Of a stretch of 64,000 nt of DNA, positions 17,933-27,776 are shown one piece after another. This DNA is from Nitrospirales bacterium (GTDB lineage: Bacteria > Nitrospirota > Nitrospiria > Nitrospirales > UBA8639), in NCBI GenBank assembly GCA_965207015.1, contig OZ242257.1, positions 461,253 through 525,252 on the forward strand, in the 5' to 3' direction. Below the pieces are notes generated by a model that saw only the letters and a program-made list of their open reading frames with translations, did not search any database and was not told the DNA's origin. Position 1 is the first letter of the stretch; each line of letters starts with the position of its first letter. Position numbers and translations under genes: made by a program.

Positions 17933-19612
17933 ATGTCCAATCCTCAGCAGGTTTCCCGGGATTTCATTCGCGCGATCGTGGCGCAGGACCGGGAGAGCGG
18001 GAAATTCGACGGCGTCGTGCATACGCGGTTTCCGCCGGAACCCAACGGCTATCTGCATATCGGCCACGCCAAATCCATCTGTTTGAATTTCGGCATTGCG
18101 CAGGAATTTGCCGGGGGGCTGTGCAATTTGCGGTTCGACGACACCAACCCGGCCAAGGAAGACGTGGAATACGTGGAGTCCATTCAGGAAGACGTGCGCT
18201 GGCTGGGATTCGACTGGGAGGACCGGCGTTTCTTCGCCTCGGATTATTTCGAGAAGTTGTACGAGTATGCGGTGTTGCTGATCAGGAAAGGGAAGGCCTA
18301 CGTGGACAGTCTGACCGCGGACGAGATCCGATCCTACCGGGGGACCTTGACGGAGCCGGGCAAGGAGAGCCCGTATCGAGCGCGACCGGTGGAGGAGAAT
18401 CTTGACCTGTTCTCACGGATGCGTGCCGGCGACTACGAAGAAGGGGCGCACGTGCTCCGCGCCAAAATCGACATGGCCTCGCCCAACATCAATATGCGCG
18501 ATCCCACGCTCTACCGGATCCGGCGGGTGCCGCATCACCGCACGGGCACGGCGTGGAACATCTATCCCACGTATGATTTCGCGCATCCCCTGTCCGATTC
18601 CCTCGAAGGGGTGACGCATTCGCTGTGTACCTTGGAGTTCGAGGATCACCGTCCCTTATACGACTGGCTGCTCGATGAGTGTGAGGTGGCGTGCCATTCC
18701 CAGCAGATCGAGTTCGCGCGCCTGAACCTGACTCACACGGTGATGAGCAAGCGGAAGCTGTTGGAACTCATCGAGGAGGGGCACGTGTCGGGCTGGGACG
18801 ACCCGCGCCTCCCCACGCTGATGGGCTTGCGGCGCCGCGGGTATCCCCCGGAGGCGGTCCGGCGGTTTTGCGAGCATATCGGGGTGGCGAAACGCGACAG
18901 CGTGGTGGAGGTCAACCTGCTGGAGCATTTCGTCAGGGAGAACCTGAACGCGGGCGCGCAACGGGTCATGGCGGTGCTCCGGCCCCTGCGCGTGGTCATC
19001 ACCAATTACCCGGAAGACCGGGTGGAAGAATTACAGGCGGTGAACAACCCCGAAGATCCCGCGATGGGGAGCCGGGCGGTGCCGTTTTCCCGCGTCCTGT
19101 ATATCGAGCGGGATGATTTTCGTGAAGATCCGCCGAAAAAATACTTCCGGCTTGCGCCCGGCCAGGAGGTGCGGTTGCGCTACGCCTACATCATGCGATG
19201 CGAGGACGTGGTCAAGGACGAGCAGGGAGAGGTCATCGAAGTCCGGTGCACGTATGACCCGGAGACGAAAAGCGGGTCGGGGCAGGCGACACGGAAGGTG
19301 AAGGGCACCATTCATTGGGTCTCCGCGGCGCATGCGCTCGAAGCCGAAGTGCGGCTGTTCGATCACCTGTTTTCCGTCCCGGACCCCGAAAAGGACGGCC
19401 GGGATTACCGCACCGCGCTCAATCCGGACTCGGTGGAACGGGTCCAGGGCTGCCGGATCGAACCGGCGTTAAAGGACTCGACCGTCGGCCAACGGTTTCA
19501 GTTCGAACGGCAGGGCTATTTTTGCGTCGATCCCGATTCGACCGGGCAACAACTTGTCTTCAACCGCACCGTCGCCCTCCGCGATTCCTGGTCGAAACTC
19601 GAAAAGAAGTAG
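17933..19612 (+). CDS. glnS: glutamine--tRNA ligase
   Basis: [13 protein letters not shown] (HIGH) and VMSKR motifs, 559 aa. Confidence 0.95.
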   Translation: MSNPQQVSRDFIRAIVAQDRESGKFDGVVHTRFPPEPNGYLHIGHAKSICLNFGIAQEFAGGLCNLRFDDTNPAKEDVEYVESIQEDVRWLGFDWEDRRFFASDYFEKLYEYAVLLIRKGKAYVDSLTADEIRSYRGTLTEPGKESPYRARPVEENLDLFSRMRAGDYEEGAHVLRAKIDMASPNINMRDPTLYRIRRVPHHRTGTAWNIYPTYDFAHPLSDSLEGVTHSLCTLEFEDHRPLYDWLLDECEVACHSQQIEFARLNLTHTVMSKRKLLELIEEGHVSGWDDPRLPTLMGLRRRGYPPEAVRRFCEHIGVAKRDSVVEVNLLEHFVRENLNAGAQRVMAVLRPLRVVITNYPEDRVEELQAVNNPEDPAMGSRAVPFSRVLYIERDDFREDPPKKYFRLAPGQEVRLRYAYIMRCEDVVKDEQGEVIEVRCTYDPETKSGSGQATRKVKGTIHWVSAAHALEAEVRLFDHLFSVPDPEKDGRDYRTALNPDSVERVQGCRIEPALKDSTVGQRFQFERQGYFCVDPDSTGQQLVFNRTVALRDSWSKLEKK

Positions 19613-19618
19613 TTCTCT

Positions 19619-19752
19619 TGTCGGATTACGCTACGCTAATCCGACCTACGCAAAGCCCGGACAGGCACGGGGGCCTGTCCCTACAGGAAGAACGAACCGT
19701 AGGACTGTAGGTCGGGTTAGCCCTGAGCTTGTCGAAGGGCGTAACCCGACAA
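19619..19752. repeat. REP-C copies flanking a GGACAGGC/GCCTGTCC hairpin (REP-D)
   Basis: GTCGGATTACGCTACGCTAATCCGAC; GGACAGGCACGGGGGCCTGTCC; GTCGGGTTAGCC...GTAACCCGAC. Confidence 0.8.
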
Positions 19753-19760
19753 TCTCGTTC

Positions 19761-20648
19761 CTATTCCATCGGCATGTCGACGCGCTGGAGTCCCAGCGTT
19801 TCGTAGATCTGTAACGAGGCTCTGGATCTGTTCAGGGTATAGAGATGCACCCCAAGGACCTTGTTATCCAAGAGGTCCAGGACCTGTTCCGTGGCCCAGT
19901 GGGTGCCGATCTTTTCGGCTTGGGCATCATCCTTCGCGCTCGCCAGGGCGCGAAGCAGCCGTCCCGGAAAGCGCGCGCCCAGGGCGAGTTCCGCCATCCG
20001 CTTCATCCCTTTCAGTGAGGTAATCGGCATGATGCCCGCGATGATGGGGACGCGGATCCCGGCCAGCCGGCACCGTTCGCAGAAATCGTAAAAGTCGCGA
20101 TTGTCGAAAAAAAGTTGCGTGCAGATGTAGTCGGCGCCGGCGTCGATTTTGGCCTTGAGATACTCGATTTCGTGGAGCCGGTTGGGCGTGTCGGGATGGC
20201 CTTCGGGGAACCCGGCCACCCCGATCCCCATATGGGGAAAGTGTTCTTTGATGAAGGCCACCAGTTCCACGGCGTGGCGGAAGTCCTGCTCGGCCGGATC
20301 CCACGGCTCCTGGGTGGGCGGGTCGCCGCGCAGGGCCATGATGTTCCGGACGCCGTGTTCGTCATATCGTTGGAGAATCTTGAAGATTTCATCCCGTCTC
20401 GACTTCACGCACGTCAGGTGCGACACGATCGTCAGATTTGTCTCATTGTGCAACTTGACGACCAGGTCATGAGTCAACTCACGCGTTGATCCACCCGCTC
20501 CATAGGTGACGCTGACGTAGGCGGGTTTCAGCGGAATCAACTTCTGAATCGTATGAAACAACGACTCGGACGCGGCCTCACTCTTTGGGGGGAAAAACTC
20601 GAAACTGATTGCAGGCTGGCTTTGCCGAAACACTTCTGCTATATGCAT
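19761..20648 (-). CDS. metF: methylenetetrahydrofolate reductase
   Basis: SFEFFPPKS N-terminus. Start taken at MHIAEVF. Confidence 0.9.
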   Translation of the reverse strand: MHIAEVFRQSQPAISFEFFPPKSEAASESLFHTIQKLIPLKPAYVSVTYGAGGSTRELTHDLVVKLHNETNLTIVSHLTCVKSRRDEIFKILQRYDEHGVRNIMALRGDPPTQEPWDPAEQDFRHAVELVAFIKEHFPHMGIGVAGFPEGHPDTPNRLHEIEYLKAKIDAGADYICTQLFFDNRDFYDFCERCRLAGIRVPIIAGIMPITSLKGMKRMAELALGARFPGRLLRALASAKDDAQAEKIGTHWATEQVLDLLDNKVLGVHLYTLNRSRASLQIYETLGLQRVDMPME

Positions 20649-20750
20649 GCGGGACTCGTTTCGTGAATAATGCGTTCTGTTTTGCCCAAGACTACTAGAC
20701 CAGGGGAAATGAGGCAACACTGAATGGGGTATGACCGCCGTGAAGACCTG

Positions 20751-20828
20751 CGGGACGGCACGGGGGCCGTCCCCTACGGGACCAATGAGGTCTTCCTCCC
20801 TGTAGGGGCAACCCCCCGTGGTTGCCCG
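20751..20828. repeat. REP-D GC-rich hairpins
   Basis: GGGACGGCACGGGGGCCGTCCC and GGGCAACCCCCCGTGGTTGCCC. Confidence 0.7.
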
Positions 20829-20839
20829 TGAGAGCGGAT

Positions 20840-22183
20840 ATGGTAAAGATCATCTGTCTGCAAGGCAGCCTTCTCGACGTTGAGGCGCAGGTCATCGTCA
20901 ACGCCGCGAACAGTCACGGCCTCATGGGCGGAGGCGTGGCCGGGATCATCCGGCGCGCCGCGGGATCCATCGTGGAAGACGAGGCGCGCGAACAGGCGCC
21001 GATACCCGTAGGGCAGGCCGTGCTGACGTCGGGCGGCCGCACCCGCTTTGCGGGGATCATTCACGCGCCGACCATGCCCGAACCGTCGATGCGCATTCCC
21101 GTCGAAAACGTGAAATTGGCCACGCGGGCCGCGCTCCGGCTGGCCGATGAACAGGGCTTTATCTCCCTCGCCATTCCCGGCATGGGCACGGGAGTGGGCC
21201 GCGTCGTTCCGGAGGAAGCCGCGCAAGGGATGGTTGAGGAAATTCGCGAGTTTCAACCCCGCTTCCTGCAATCGGTTATCCTGGTGGACGTCGATCCCGT
21301 GATGGTCCGGGCCTGGCAGGCTGTACTGTCGCGGCCAGTGGTACTCGAAGACGAATTCTGTGACATCGTGAAAAAGGCACGGAAGGGGCTTGGACAATCC
21401 GTCGCCGGAGCGGCGGAAACCGCTCAGCTTCGCAAAGACGAGTGGGAACGATTGGAACAGGGCGCCCGTGCCCCATCGGAACACGAAGTCCAAGCCATGG
21501 CCCGGGTTCTGACCCTCAGAGCGGAGGCGCTGAGCGCGGTGTCCATAGGGGGATGGGTGCCGGAGCCGTCTCCGGCGTGGGTTTCGACGCTGGCCGTGAC
21601 GGTGCTCGGCGACATCGGGGGCTACGAGGTCAAAGGGTATGTCCTGATCGACCCGCAAACCAAACAAGCGGTCTTTATCGATACGGCGTACAATGCGGAG
21701 GCCATGCTGGCCGTGCTTGACGCGCACCACGCGACGTTGACCGGCGTGTGCCTCACGCATGGGCATATGGATCACGCCGGAGGCCTGGATCGGATTTTGT
21801 CCGAATGGCCCGTGCCGGTGTATCTTGGAGAAGGAGATTTCCCGTTGTTGCCCTGGAAGCCGCCGCAAGAATCGGTCGTTGTTCCCGAGGATGGCCGGAT
21901 CATTGCCGCGGGAGACCTGAAGGTCGAGTGTCTCACCACGCCCGGCCATACTCCCGGCGGGATTTGCTACAGGGTGCAATCGCAAGACCAGGCCCTCTGT
22001 TTCGTCGGGGATACGCTGTTTGCCGGGTCCGTGGGCGGGTCCAATCCGCTGTCGTTGTATGCGGAGCATTTGACGTCGGTTCGCGGGCGCGTGTTGCAGT
22101 GGGACCCGGACACGGTGTTGCTCCCCGGGCACGGGCCGCCGACCACGGTCAAGGAAGAACGCGTCATGAACCCCTTTGGATGA
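20840..22183 (+). CDS. macro domain / metallo-beta-lactamase-fold hydrolase fusion protein
   Basis: N-terminus: VNAANSHGLMGGGVAGII plus GMGTGVG (macro). C-terminus: THGHMDHAGG, TPGHTPG, GDTLF, LPGHG (glyoxalase II-like MBL). Confidence 0.8.
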   Translation: MVKIICLQGSLLDVEAQVIVNAANSHGLMGGGVAGIIRRAAGSIVEDEAREQAPIPVGQAVLTSGGRTRFAGIIHAPTMPEPSMRIPVENVKLATRAALRLADEQGFISLAIPGMGTGVGRVVPEEAAQGMVEEIREFQPRFLQSVILVDVDPVMVRAWQAVLSRPVVLEDEFCDIVKKARKGLGQSVAGAAETAQLRKDEWERLEQGARAPSEHEVQAMARVLTLRAEALSAVSIGGWVPEPSPAWVSTLAVTVLGDIGGYEVKGYVLIDPQTKQAVFIDTAYNAEAMLAVLDAHHATLTGVCLTHGHMDHAGGLDRILSEWPVPVYLGEGDFPLLPWKPPQESVVVPEDGRIIAAGDLKVECLTTPGHTPGGICYRVQSQDQALCFVGDTLFAGSVGGSNPLSLYAEHLTSVRGRVLQWDPDTVLLPGHGPPTTVKEERVMNPFG

Positions 22184-22215
22184 TATGATATTTCGCCGCT
22201 GAATCGTCGTCGCTT

Positions 22216-23202
22216 ATGGATCAACCACCGTTTCCGCCCGAACAGAAGTCGGGGTTTCCCGATGACCCCTCGGAAGACGACCGGCCGCATGCACACGAGG
22301 AATGGTCGCCGGATTGGGAACGTTCCGAACCCGAGCCGGAAAGCGCGGTGTCGGTCCTGTATCTGCCGCTCGGCTTATTTGTCGTCACCGTTTTCACCAC
22401 GTTTTGGGCTGGCGCGTATCAGGTCAATACCGAGCCGGTGTCGGGCGCCTGGGATTTCCTCGTGCGCTATCCCGGCAGCCTGTGGAACGGGTGGCCGTTC
22501 GCCTGTACGTTGTTGGGGATTCTCGTCACGCACGAATTCGGGCACTTTTACTTGTCGCGCGTACACCGGGTCCCGGCGTCTCTGCCGCTGTTCATTCCCG
22601 GTCCTCCGCAATTTATCGGGACGTTCGGCGCCGTCATTCGTATGCGCTCCCCGATTATGAACCGCCGGGCCTTGTTCGACATCGGCGTCGCCGGCCCGAT
22701 CGCGGGATTCATCGTGGCCGTCCCGGCCTTTCTGATCGGCCTGTCCTATTCAAAGGTCGAACCCACGCTGGGCCTCTATGGTTTGAAATTCGGGGAGCCG
22801 TTGTTGCTGCAATTTTGCACGTGGCTCATGTTTGGGCCGCTCCCCGAGACTTCCGACGTCCTGTTGCATCCCGTGGCCTTTGCCGCGTGGTTCGGTTTTT
22901 TCATTACCGCGTTGAATTTGATCCCGATCGGACAACTCGACGGCGGACACGTAGCCTATGCGCTGTTGGGCCATCGACAACGGACTTTGGCGTTGGCCGC
23001 GATTCCCATCCTGCTCGTGTTGGGGCTGTGGGGGTGGCCGGGGTGGATTTTGTGGACGTTTCTGGCCGGCTTGGTTGGGATCAGCCATCCGCCGGTGATC
23101 GATCCGGCAACGGAATTGGGCCGCGGCCGGATCTGGGTGGGCTGGGGCGCCCTTGTCATTTTTCTCGTCAGCTTTTCCCCGGTCCCCTTTTATTTCGGCT
23201 GA
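22216..23202 (+). CDS. site-2 protease family (M50) membrane metalloprotease
   Basis: HEFGHF and NLIPIGQLDGGH motifs, multiple TM helices. Confidence 0.85.
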   Translation: MDQPPFPPEQKSGFPDDPSEDDRPHAHEEWSPDWERSEPEPESAVSVLYLPLGLFVVTVFTTFWAGAYQVNTEPVSGAWDFLVRYPGSLWNGWPFACTLLGILVTHEFGHFYLSRVHRVPASLPLFIPGPPQFIGTFGAVIRMRSPIMNRRALFDIGVAGPIAGFIVAVPAFLIGLSYSKVEPTLGLYGLKFGEPLLLQFCTWLMFGPLPETSDVLLHPVAFAAWFGFFITALNLIPIGQLDGGHVAYALLGHRQRTLALAAIPILLVLGLWGWPGWILWTFLAGLVGISHPPVIDPATELGRGRIWVGWGALVIFLVSFSPVPFYFG

Positions 23203-23225
23203 GGAATGCTGACAAAGGAAAAGGC

Positions 23226-23312
23226 TGTCATCCCCGACCCCGATCGGGGATCCAGTGTCTTTGCCTTTTTCTATTCCTCCCCTTTGTAAGGGGAGGATAG
23301 GTGGGGTAGAGT
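23226..23312. repeat. REP-A followed by REP-B
   Basis: GTCATCCCCGACCCCGATCGGGGATCCAGTGTCTTTG; CCTCCCCTTTGTAAGGGGAGGATAGGTGGGGTAG. Confidence 0.85.
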
Positions 23313-23331
23313 TGAGAAAGAGAGCACCTCG

Positions 23332-24681
23332 ATGAAATATCTGGAAGCCTATATCCGGTCGGTCCGGCCGCAGTTTGAAGACATGCTCGGGCAGGCGGTA
23401 GAGATCCCGTCGGTGAGTTCCGATCCTGGGCGAAAGAAGGATATTGACCGGATGGCTGCCGTCGCGGCGCAGTATCTGCGCGGCCTCGGCGCGCGGGCGC
23501 GGGTCGTCACGACCAAGGGCAATCCCGTGGTGTTGGGCGGCTGGCAGGCCGGGAAGTCGTCTCCCACGTTGACGATTTACAATCATCTGGACGTGCAACC
23601 CGCCCAGGAACCGGAGTGGAAACAGGACCCGTTCGTCTTTCGCAAACAGGGGGAGACCTATCGAGGCCGGGGGACCACCGATGATAAAGGCCCGGCGCTG
23701 GCCGCGCTCCTGGCGGCCCGGTATGCCGTGGAGCAGGGCGTTGCGTTGAACATCCGGTTTCTCTGGGAATTGGAGGAGGAAATCGGCAGCCCGAATTTTC
23801 AGGATGCCCTGGATCAACGGGCGGCGGTGCCGCGCCCGGATTCGGTCCTGGTGTCGGATACCATTTGGGTGTCGCGCCAACGCCCGGCGATTTCCACGGG
23901 CTTGCGTGGGATGCTGGCCGTCCGGCTGACCCTGCGCACGGGAACCACCGACGTGCATTCCGGGTTGACCGGCGGCGGGGCCAGAAACCCGTTGACCGAA
24001 CTCTGCGAGGCCGCGCAGTCGTGCGTGGATGCGCGAACCGGCCGCGTGACCATTCCCGGGTTCTACGATGAGGTGGTGCCGCCCACCAATGCTGAAATGA
24101 AGCAGTTTCTTTCCTCGGGCTTTCAGGTGGACCGGTTCAAAAAGGCCTACGGGTTCCGGTCGATCCGGACACAAAACCGTGCAGAGTTGATCCGACGGAT
24201 CTGGGCAGCCCCCACCTTCGAAGTACATGGGTTGGTGGGCGGGTACATGGGGCCCGGCGTGAAAACCGTGGTCCCGCCATCCGGGGAATTGAAGGTGAGC
24301 ATGCGGCTGGTCCCGAACCAGAAGCCTGCGACGATCCTCGCCCGGCTCAAGGCCCATCTCAAGAAACTGAATCCCGACATCCGGGTCGAAGCCGACGGGC
24401 AACTCGAACCGTTTAAGGGTGTGACGCGGGGCCCGTACGCCGACGCGCTCCGCCAAGCGATGCGGGCAGGCTTCGGAAAGGACCCTGCGCTGGTCCGGGA
24501 AGGGGGATCGATCGGCGCGATTTCTCTGATGGAGCGGGCGTGGCAGGTGCCTATTCTCTTCTGCGGGCTGAGCCTGCCCGAGCACGGCTACCATGCGCCG
24601 AATGAAAACTTCGATTGGGGCCAAGCCTCCGGCGGCATCCGTACCTTCGTCGACTACTTCACCCGCGTGGCGGCACTGTAG
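23332..24681 (+). CDS. M20 family dipeptidase/deacylase
   Basis: YNHLDVQPA...W..DPF, GRGTTDDKG, EEEIGS motifs, 449 aa. Confidence 0.85.
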   Translation: MKYLEAYIRSVRPQFEDMLGQAVEIPSVSSDPGRKKDIDRMAAVAAQYLRGLGARARVVTTKGNPVVLGGWQAGKSSPTLTIYNHLDVQPAQEPEWKQDPFVFRKQGETYRGRGTTDDKGPALAALLAARYAVEQGVALNIRFLWELEEEIGSPNFQDALDQRAAVPRPDSVLVSDTIWVSRQRPAISTGLRGMLAVRLTLRTGTTDVHSGLTGGGARNPLTELCEAAQSCVDARTGRVTIPGFYDEVVPPTNAEMKQFLSSGFQVDRFKKAYGFRSIRTQNRAELIRRIWAAPTFEVHGLVGGYMGPGVKTVVPPSGELKVSMRLVPNQKPATILARLKAHLKKLNPDIRVEADGQLEPFKGVTRGPYADALRQAMRAGFGKDPALVREGGSIGAISLMERAWQVPILFCGLSLPEHGYHAPNENFDWGQASGGIRTFVDYFTRVAAL

Positions 24682-24713
24682 GCGGGCGCGGCTGAAAATA
24701 ACTGTGAAAGCTC

Positions 24714-24741
24714 TTGACAAAGCATACAATGTACATACAGT
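24714..24741 (+). promoter_or_regulatory. candidate sigma70 promoter/operator of brnTA
   Basis: TTGACA-N16-TACAGT ends about 7 nt before the ATG, implying a near-leaderless transcript. An imperfect ACATAC..GTATGT palindrome overlaps it. Confidence 0.3.
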
Positions 24742-24747
24742 ATATGT

Positions 24748-25035
24748 ATGATTACATTTAGTTGGGATCAGGACAAAGCGAAGTCCAATCTCAGGAAGCA
24801 TGGGATTTCTTTCGAGGAAGCCCGATCTGTCTTCTACGACGAGTTCGCAAGACAATTCTATGATGAGAGTGCCGTTGTCGAAGACAGGTTCATTCTACTT
24901 GGCATGAGCAATCAAGCCCGTGTTCTGGTCGTCGTACATGGTGAGCGAGGGAAAGATGGTGAAGAACTTCGTATTATTTCAGCACGGAAGGCCACAAAGA
25001 AAGAACAGCAGCACTACCGAGGTGATGTGTCATGA
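24748..25035 (+). CDS. brnT: BrnT family toxin
   Basis: Colinear by eye with the BrnT pattern (F.WD..KA..N..KHG.SF.EA..VF ... RIISARKATKKE). Confidence 0.8.
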   Translation: MITFSWDQDKAKSNLRKHGISFEEARSVFYDEFARQFYDESAVVEDRFILLGMSNQARVLVVVHGERGKDGEELRIISARKATKKEQQHYRGDVS

Positions 25036-25250
25036 AAAGAGAGTATGATTTTTCCAAAATGAAATCTCGTAAGAACCCTTACGTGTCCAAGTTGAAAAAA
25101 CCGGTAACGATCCGTCTCAGCGAGGACGTGATTGCGTATTTCAAGGAAATGGCTGAGGCGTCGGGGATGCCCTATCAGAGTTTAATCAACCTGTATCTGC
25201 GCGATTGTGTACAGGGACGCCGGAAGGTCGATATCCAGTGGCAGCTTTGA
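25032..25250 (+). CDS. brnA: BrnA antitoxin (ribbon-helix-helix)
   Basis: 4-nt overlap with brnT. VTIRL...A...GMPYQSLIN motif. Confidence 0.75.
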   Translation: MKREYDFSKMKSRKNPYVSKLKKPVTIRLSEDVIAYFKEMAEASGMPYQSLINLYLRDCVQGRRKVDIQWQL

Positions 25251-25278
25251 CTGACCCTCGCCCCTAACCCTTCTCTTT

Positions 25279-25320
25279 CTGTCATCCTCGACATCTGTAA
25301 TCGAGGATCCAGCGTCTTTG
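25279..25320. repeat. REP-A copy
   Basis: GTCATCCTCGACATCTGTAATCGAGGATCCAGCGTCTTTG. Confidence 0.85.
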
Positions 25321-25351
25321 CCCTGTGTCTTTCTCTCTCGCCTCCGACCCT

Positions 25352-26731
25352 TCACGCTTTCTTCCGCACCAAAATCCTCAACGGCGTGCCCTCGAACCCG
25401 AACGTGGCCCGGAGTTGGTTTTCCAGGTACCGCAGGTAGGCGGGGGTCACCACCGCCGATTTGCCTGCAAACAGCGCGAACGTGGGCGGTTTGGTCGCGA
25501 CTTGGGTCATATAGAGCGATTTCGGCGGATTTCCTTTTTTCACGGTCAGGGGATTGTCGGTCAACGCCTTTTGGAGGAATTGATTGAGACGCCCGGTTGG
25601 TACCCGATACGAGAACGCGTCCATCACCCGGGTGACCGCGGCGAACACCTGATCGACGGTCTTGGGCGCCAGCGCCGATCCGAAGAGTACGGGCACGAAG
25701 GTGAAGAAAGGAAACTGTCGCTGCAACTCCAGAGTAAATTTCTTCTTGGCCTCGCGTTGATCCCGACGCAGGTCCCATTTATTGACGAGCATGACGCAAC
25801 CCCGTCCCTGCCGTTGGATGAGCCCCGCGATCTTGGTGTCCTGGTCCGTGACGCCCTCGACGCCATCAAGTAACAACACGCCGATATCCGACCGCCCCAA
25901 CGCCCTCATGGTCCTGGCCACGCTGTAGCCTTCGATGCCGGGCTCCACGCGGCCGCGACGCCGCAACCCCGCGGTATCCGTCAACAGAAACGGCCGGCCG
26001 TCGCGTTCCAGGTGCGTGTCGATGGGATCTCGCGTGGTGCCGGGCACGTCGCTGACGAGGGCGCGTTCCTCGCCCAGGATGGTGTTCACCAGCGTGGACT
26101 TGCCCACGTTGGGACGGCCGACCACGGCCACCCGGGTCGTGGCGGTTTCCGTCAGGTCCTCGTCATGCGCCGGCAGGAGATGCAGGAACGCCTCCAGCAG
26201 GTCATCCACCCCGTTGCCGTGCTCCGCCGAAACGGGGAACAGCATGTCCTTCCCGAGTTGATAAAAATCCGCCAACAGGGGTTCCGACTTCGGGGTATCG
26301 ATTTTATTGATGACCCAGAACGTGGGTTTGTCCACCCCGTGGAGCCCGTCCACGATCTCGCGGTCCACGGGCGTGAGCCCGGCGCGGCCGTCCATGATGA
26401 CGAGCAGAATATCCGCGGCGGCGAGCGCGGTCTGCGATTGCCGGCGGATGAGTCCGAGCATGCCGTCGTCGGCGGTGGGATCGAGCCCGCCAGTATCGAC
26501 GAGCTGGAAGCGGCGGCCCTGGTACGTGCACTCGGCGTAAATCCGGTCGCGCGTCACCCCCGGCCGGTCATCCACGATGGCGTTCCTGGTCCCCAGAATC
26601 CGGTTGAACAGGGTCGATTTCCCCACATTCGGCCGCCCGATCACCGCCACCAGCGGCACCCCCGACGGCCTGAGGCCCGGCAGAAACGCCTGCCGACTCG
26701 ATCGCGCTGTTGATTTCCGTTTCATGGCCAA
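25352..26731 (-). CDS. der: ribosome-associated GTPase Der (EngA)
   Basis: Two G domains (GRPNVGKST twice) plus a KH-like C-terminus. Confidence 0.95.
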   Translation of the reverse strand: MAMKRKSTARSSRQAFLPGLRPSGVPLVAVIGRPNVGKSTLFNRILGTRNAIVDDRPGVTRDRIYAECTYQGRRFQLVDTGGLDPTADDGMLGLIRRQSQTALAAADILLVIMDGRAGLTPVDREIVDGLHGVDKPTFWVINKIDTPKSEPLLADFYQLGKDMLFPVSAEHGNGVDDLLEAFLHLLPAHDEDLTETATTRVAVVGRPNVGKSTLVNTILGEERALVSDVPGTTRDPIDTHLERDGRPFLLTDTAGLRRRGRVEPGIEGYSVARTMRALGRSDIGVLLLDGVEGVTDQDTKIAGLIQRQGRGCVMLVNKWDLRRDQREAKKKFTLELQRQFPFFTFVPVLFGSALAPKTVDQVFAAVTRVMDAFSYRVPTGRLNQFLQKALTDNPLTVKKGNPPKSLYMTQVATKPPTFALFAGKSAVVTPAYLRYLENQLRATFGFEGTPLRILVRKKA

Positions 26732-26759
26732 GGCGGTTTTCTCTTTCTTTTGTCTTTAT

Positions 26760-26801
26760 CTGTCATCCTCGACATTCCTAATCGAGGATCCAGTGTCTTT
26801 G
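26760..26801. repeat. REP-A copy
   Basis: GTCATCCTCGACATTCCTAATCGAGGATCCAGTGTCTTTG. Confidence 0.85.
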
Positions 26802-26820
26802 TCTTTTCCTTTTGTATTCG

Positions 26821-26973
26821 TAGCCCCGCCATGTCATGGCGCATTCCTCCAAGTAGCATAGGACATTGCCGCTATAACGTGAAAAAGAATGTTCTCCGGC
26901 AGGCAGAGGAAAAGAAGAACCGAAAATCCAGTCTACGAGCGGGTAAGGGGAAAAGACAAGTCGTTACATGTGG
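26821..26973 (+). repeat. 153-bp direct repeat, copy 1 (flanks higBA)
   Basis: Aligns by eye with 27624-27776 at high identity over its whole length. It begins with the hairpin CGCCATGTCATGGCG. Confidence 0.85.
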
Positions 26974-27011
26974 TCATAAAGCGAGACAGGCCGACGCAGC
27001 CTGCATGCGGG

Positions 27012-27302
27012 CTATCCCAACATCGCAGCCGGTTGGACACCGACGGTCAGCCGGTGCTTCTCTCCGGCCAGCTTCCGAAAATCACACTCGACTTGGATGC
27101 CGTGCCAGAATTGCTCTGACTGGCCGAAGAAGGCGCCGAAGCGAATCGACATGGCAGGCGTGATCGACCGGCGGCCATGCACGATTTCATTGATCGCACG
27201 CGGGGCCACACCGATGGCGCGCGCCATGGCGTTCTGCGAAATCCCCATGGGCTTGAGGTATTCCTCAAGCAAAATCTCGCCGGGTGTGATGGGCGTGTCC
27301 AT
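27012..27302 (-). CDS. higA: HigA family antitoxin (XRE HTH)
   Basis: [29 protein letters not shown] signature. Confidence 0.85.
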   Translation of the reverse strand: MDTPITPGEILLEEYLKPMGISQNAMARAIGVAPRAINEIVHGRRSITPAMSIRFGAFFGQSEQFWHGIQVECDFRKLAGEKHRLTVGVQPAAMLG

Positions 27303-27334
27303 ATCCGTATCCTATAACGTTATAGGGATATTTT

Positions 27335-27613
27335 TCAATGATAATCCGTGATGGCCACCTGTTCTGGCCCGGAATCCGTCCACCTGAAGACGATGCGCCA
27401 TTGGTCGTTGATGCGAATGGAATGAAAGCCCGAAAGCCTCCCGCTCAGAGCTTCAAGCCGGTTGCCGGGTGGCACGGCCAGGTCGCCAAGAGTACCGGCT
27501 TGATTCATCTGAATCAGTTTTCGTAACGCAACTCGTGATAGCACGGCAAACCGCCGGTTGCGTTCCGACCTGAACAGTTCTTCCGTATCCCTATCCGCAA
27601 AGGATTGGATCAT
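27335..27613 (-). CDS. higB: HigB / plasmid-maintenance killer toxin (RelE/ParE superfamily)
   Basis: [14 protein letters not shown]...[11 protein letters not shown]...[14 protein letters not shown]...ITDYH. The toxin gene lies upstream of the antitoxin, as in higBA. Confidence 0.85.
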   Translation of the reverse strand: MIQSFADRDTEELFRSERNRRFAVLSRVALRKLIQMNQAGTLGDLAVPPGNRLEALSGRLSGFHSIRINDQWRIVFRWTDSGPEQVAITDYH

Positions 27614-27623
27614 GGCTAGCGCC

Positions 27624-27776
27624 TAGCCGCGCCATCTCATGGCGCTCTCCTCCAAGCAGCATTAGACGCTTTCGCTACAACGTGAAAAAGAATGTACTCC
27701 GGCAGGCAGAGGAAATAAAAAACCGAAAATCCAGTCTACGGGCGGGTAGAGGGGAAAGACAAGTCGTTACATGGGG
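27624..27776 (+). repeat. 153-bp direct repeat, copy 2 (left edge of island)
   Basis: See copy 1. Its first 23 nt (TAGCCGCGCCATCTCATGGCGCT) recur inverted at 38139-38161. Confidence 0.85.

Noticed and set aside
22750-24855. Very long ORFs antisense to, or out of frame with, well-supported genes. Examples: 22750..24855 (701 aa), 20774..22132, 4575..5507, 40675..42150, 46928..48004, 48792..49943, 50001..51164, 22302..23300 and 54951..55781.
   Set aside because: They are Arg/Gly/Pro/His-rich low-complexity translations typical of stop-poor alternative frames in GC-rich DNA. Each fully overlaps a gene with unmistakable family motifs, and none has a recognisable domain.
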